Source of the DNA: Octopus sinensis
Lineage: Eukaryota
Length of the DNA stretch: 64,000 nucleotides
Reading direction: 5' to 3'
NCBI RefSeq assembly: GCF_006345805.1
Contig: NC_043002.1
Coordinates: forward strand, 45,384,001 to 45,448,000
Shown: positions 62,927 through 64,000 of the stretch, in pieces
Position numbering within the stretch: position 1 is the stretch's first letter
Layout of the letters: the number at the start of each line of letters is the position of its first letter
The notes under the pieces: model-generated
Seen by the model: only the letters and a program-made list of their open reading frames with translations
Database searches by the model: none
What the model was told of the DNA's origin: nothing
Program-made: the position numbers and the translations under genes

Positions 62927-64000
62927 CTGTAAAAGAAATTTTCATGAATATTAAAAGTAAACAAATCATAAAATTATTTTAGCCTAAATTTTTTGTTTAA
63001 ATCTCCCATAAGCATTAACAGTATAAGTGAGATTTTTTATCTTTGTGAAAGTCTTAAGATTGTTTTTACCAAGACAACACACTGCAAATAATTTATCATC
63101 TTTTTTTTTTATAATTCAATTTATTCAAGTTTCTATAAGATATCCTACAACAGTTACTATGGAAGAAATAATGATCTAAAGTATTTCATCATTATTTAAC
63201 ATCCCTTTTTCTATGCCAGTATGTGTTGGTTCAACATAAACTGACAAGCTGGATGCCCTTCTTAATGCCAACCACTTTTACAGAGTGTACTAGGTGCATT
63301 TTTCATGACATCAGCACTGGTGAAAAATCTAACTGATGAGAAGCAGAAAAAACAGTCCAGAACAGTGGAGAAAAGTCATTGCTGACCTCCTTAAGGTGTG
63401 AAGAGCTTCAGTAAGTACGAAATTTAAATAGATTTGCAATCACTATGACTAAAACTAGAAACCAATTTCAAAAGGTAGTTGTTATTAAACCCAAGATCAA
63501 ACCTAACTCAGCAGACCAATGATCAAAGATATTCCAGTTGTGATTATTGACACTCAGACTACATTAACCAATATGTCCTTTTCTAAGACAATATGATGTG
63601 ATTCGAAGAGATTTAGCTGCTAATTCTATCAGAATACACAGTCACATAGAGGTTTGTCATTGGTTCATGAATCTCCTCGAGAGTGTCTGGTTCATGATAA
63701 GGTAGTTGTGTGCAACCGGACAAAAAAGAACTAAATCTTGTATATACCATAAAACAACATATGCATATATTATGGAATAATCAAGTGACAAGGTTGAAGT
63801 CATGGGACTGCAACATAGTGGATTGTGAAGAGGTAGTGGAAGAGCACAACTGAGGCAATGGTGCTTCTTACATTGATGCTGAGTGGAGGAATCCTAGAAG
63901 ACCAATGGTCAGAATCACCAAGCTCTATCAAGAGAGAGTAATTGCAACGCATCCATAGGGGTGGCATCTATAGTTGTGTAATCAGCAAATGAAAGATTCG

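Noticed and set aside
62927-64000. Next upstream CPSF1 exon (and the next downstream exon in 1-638)
   Set aside because: The expected peptides (…GIRLLEG upstream, ATLDG… downstream) were not found; these exons lie outside the window.

Overview
AT-rich, intron-dominated eukaryotic DNA. The SINE/LINE repertoire and microsatellite density suggest an octopus-type coleoid cephalopod (inference, not checked against a database). The whole window lies inside one minus-strand gene, CPSF1 (CPSF160). I rebuilt 18 internal coding exons by hand (2160 nt, about 720 codons). All introns are GT-AG and the frame is continuous; both ends of the gene lie outside the window. The introns (0.6-15.3 kb) hold tRNA-derived SINEs, RTE LINE fragments, a Dong/R4-type LINE 3' end, a decayed hAT (Buster/Charlie-like) transposase, three Helitron-type elements, TTAA-flanked MITEs, a Tc1/mariner-type MITE and Penelope-like relics. 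The most interesting signals are minimal type-I hammerhead ribozyme motifs in Penelope-like repeats. One has an intact catalytic core in the CPSF1-sense orientation inside a fold-back. Another lies downstream of a tRNA-like Pol III promoter next to a GIY-YIG relic. Also notable: a genomic Lys where CPSF1 usually has Glu (candidate A-to-I recoding site), a candidate poison exon, and several long hairpins in the pre-mRNA. Repeat boundaries are approximate unless stated; exon boundaries were read base by base.
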